This document shows positions 62,638 to 64,000 of a stretch of DNA of 64,000 nucleotides, in pieces. The DNA lies in IMG/VR virus record IMGVR_UViG_3300017605_001304, positions 1 through 64,000 of that record; one strand, written 5' to 3'. The first letter of the stretch is position 1; each line of letters begins with the position of its first letter. The notes under the pieces are model-generated. The model was not told the origin of the DNA. It was given only the letters and a program-made list of their open reading frames with translations, and did no database searches. Both the position numbers and the translations under genes were made by a program. This DNA is from a virus.

Positions 62638-64000
62638 CAGGATTCATCCAGCGAGGAGATGACCGTCAGCGACGTCGAGCCCAGGACCAGGGATTCGTTC
62701 TGTCCACACTTCAGGTCCGCGAACACGGTGTAGCTGGACGAAAGGGTCGGAGCCGTCGTCCAGTTCTTGTCAGTCGAGACCACCTTGGTCGTGCCGTCGT
62801 ACGAGCGCACGACGCGGTTCTGTCCGTTGCCGACGCCGTTCGTGATCCCGATCACGCGGTGCAGGAAGAAGTTGTTGACGCCGCTCTCGGTCGTAGCGAG
62901 GCCGACGCGGCGCGGATGCCAGAGGCGGAACGTGGCGCCAGCGACCGGCGCGGGGATGTCCCAGCTCGGGTCCACGGTGATCTCGTGCGCCGGCCCGTCG
63001 TAGCTCAGGATCTTGCGCGTTTGGCCAGCGGCGGGGCCCGTCAGGATCTCGATCCGGTAGTTCGCGTAGTAGCCGTCCGAGCTGACGATGGCGGTGCCCA
63101 GCGCGCTCCCTGGATCGAAGGTCAACGGCAGCTTGGTCTCGTTGATCAACACGCCGGTCTGGTCGGGCAGCGTGCCGCTGATGAGCTCACGCACGACCCC
63201 GACATTGATGTCGATCTGCGGCGACGTGACTTGGCACCAGCGCACGCCCGGCACCGACATGATCTCGTCGTAGATCCACGAGATGCGCAGTTCGTTGCCG
63301 TAGCGCACGCGGTCTTCCACGAAGATCGAGGCGACCTTCGCGTTGACGGCATCGAGCACGTCCTGGCGCACGTAGCGCGTGTCGATCTGCAGCAGGCAGT
63401 TGATATCGACGGGGATGTTCGTCCCGTTCATGACTTGGACGTAGACGGTGACGACCCGGCGCGCGTCGAGGTACTTCTGCAGGGCGTCCTTCAGCGCTTG
63501 CGGGACGCTGGCCGACAGCGTGTTGGCCGACGTCTTGGTCCAGACGTACACCGTGACGACGTTCGCGAGCCCATCCGTCGGATCGGCCAGCGCGGCCGCC
63601 TTGGCGATCGAGCCGGTGACGCCGTCCGAGAAGCCGTTCGAGAGCGTGAAGTAGTCGTTCTCCGTGATCGCGCGGTCGTTGGTCTTGACCCACAGCGGCG
63701 CGAAGAACTTGATGCTCGACGACGTCTCGCGGTCCTGCCCGCCAGTCGCGGGGCTCGGGTTCACGACGTTGAAGGTCACGGCCGTGAGCAGGTTCTTCAC
63801 GGCATTGAGCGAGCCGGAGAGCGTGTTCGCCGCGATGTTGCCGGCCGCGCCGCCTCCGACGCGATAGTCAAAGGAGACCGTCGTGTCGTTGGACGGGACC
63901 GCACCCGTGATGTTGTCGCCGAACTTGATCGTGGCCTTGTCGTTCTCGTCGATCTGGACCTGGAAGATGCTCTGGTTGTCGATGTCGGTCGGGTCCCCGA
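62637..64000 (-). CDS. Baseplate wedge protein (gpJ/T4 gp6-like), 5' part outside window
   Basis: IKFGDNITGAVP...YRVGGG, GGQDRET, NDRAITENDY, IMSVPGV. Confidence 0.85.
   Translation of the reverse strand, partial: GDPTDIDNQSIFQVQIDENDKATIKFGDNITGAVPSNDTTVSFDYRVGGGAAGNIAANTLSGSLNAVKNLLTAVTFNVVNPSPATGGQDRETSSSIKFFAPLWVKTNDRAITENDYFTLSNGFSDGVTGSIAKAAALADPTDGLANVVTVYVWTKTSANTLSASVPQALKDALQKYLDARRVVTVYVQVMNGTNIPVDINCLLQIDTRYVRQDVLDAVNAKVASIFVEDRVRYGNELRISWIYDEIMSVPGVRWCQVTSPQIDINVGVVRELISGTLPDQTGVLINETKLPLTFDPGSALGTAIVSSDGYYANYRIEILTGPAAGQTRKILSYDGPAHEITVDPSWDIPAPVAGATFRLWHPRRVGLATTESGVNNFFLHRVIGITNGVGNGQNRVVRSYDGTTKVVSTDKNWTTAPTLSSSYTVFADLKCGQNESLVLGSTSLTVISSLDES

Noticed and set aside
1-64000. 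Alternative genetic code
   Set aside because: Core genes are intact under the standard code, and TAA, TAG and TGA all terminate genes

Overview
This is a 64-kb slice of a large, GC-rich, myovirus-like bacteriophage genome. I found no integrase, rRNA, tRNA or CRISPR array. The minus-strand core carries a T4-gp20-like portal, large terminase, Rad50/Mre11 pair, 5'-3' exonuclease, RecA, gp32-like SSB, UDG-fused PolA, primase, DnaB and a UvsW-like helicase. The right end (54.3-64 kb) holds tail-fibre and baseplate genes. The accessory regions are more unusual. (i) There are two arrays of translationally coupled micro-ORFs: about 21 at 3.56-6.98 kb (minus) and 9 at 49.9-51.9 kb (plus), built from recurring sequence modules and associated with a GAACCT...AGGTTC DNA element. 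(ii) A small protein ending in Gly-Gly sits directly upstream of a Cys-x-His...Asp protein with WxxW repeats, a candidate ubiquitin-like tagging pair. (iii) A 17-bp palindromic operator is embedded in three sigma70-type promoters. (iv) A structured non-coding region lies at the strand switch (49.1-49.9 kb). (v) Other genes include a duplicated DUF6745-like module, a secreted PHP-type hydrolase, a lyase-like protein and a coiled-coil/winged-helix nucleoid-like protein suggesting a Planctomycetota-like host (inference). Family names come from motif recognition by eye, not from database searches.
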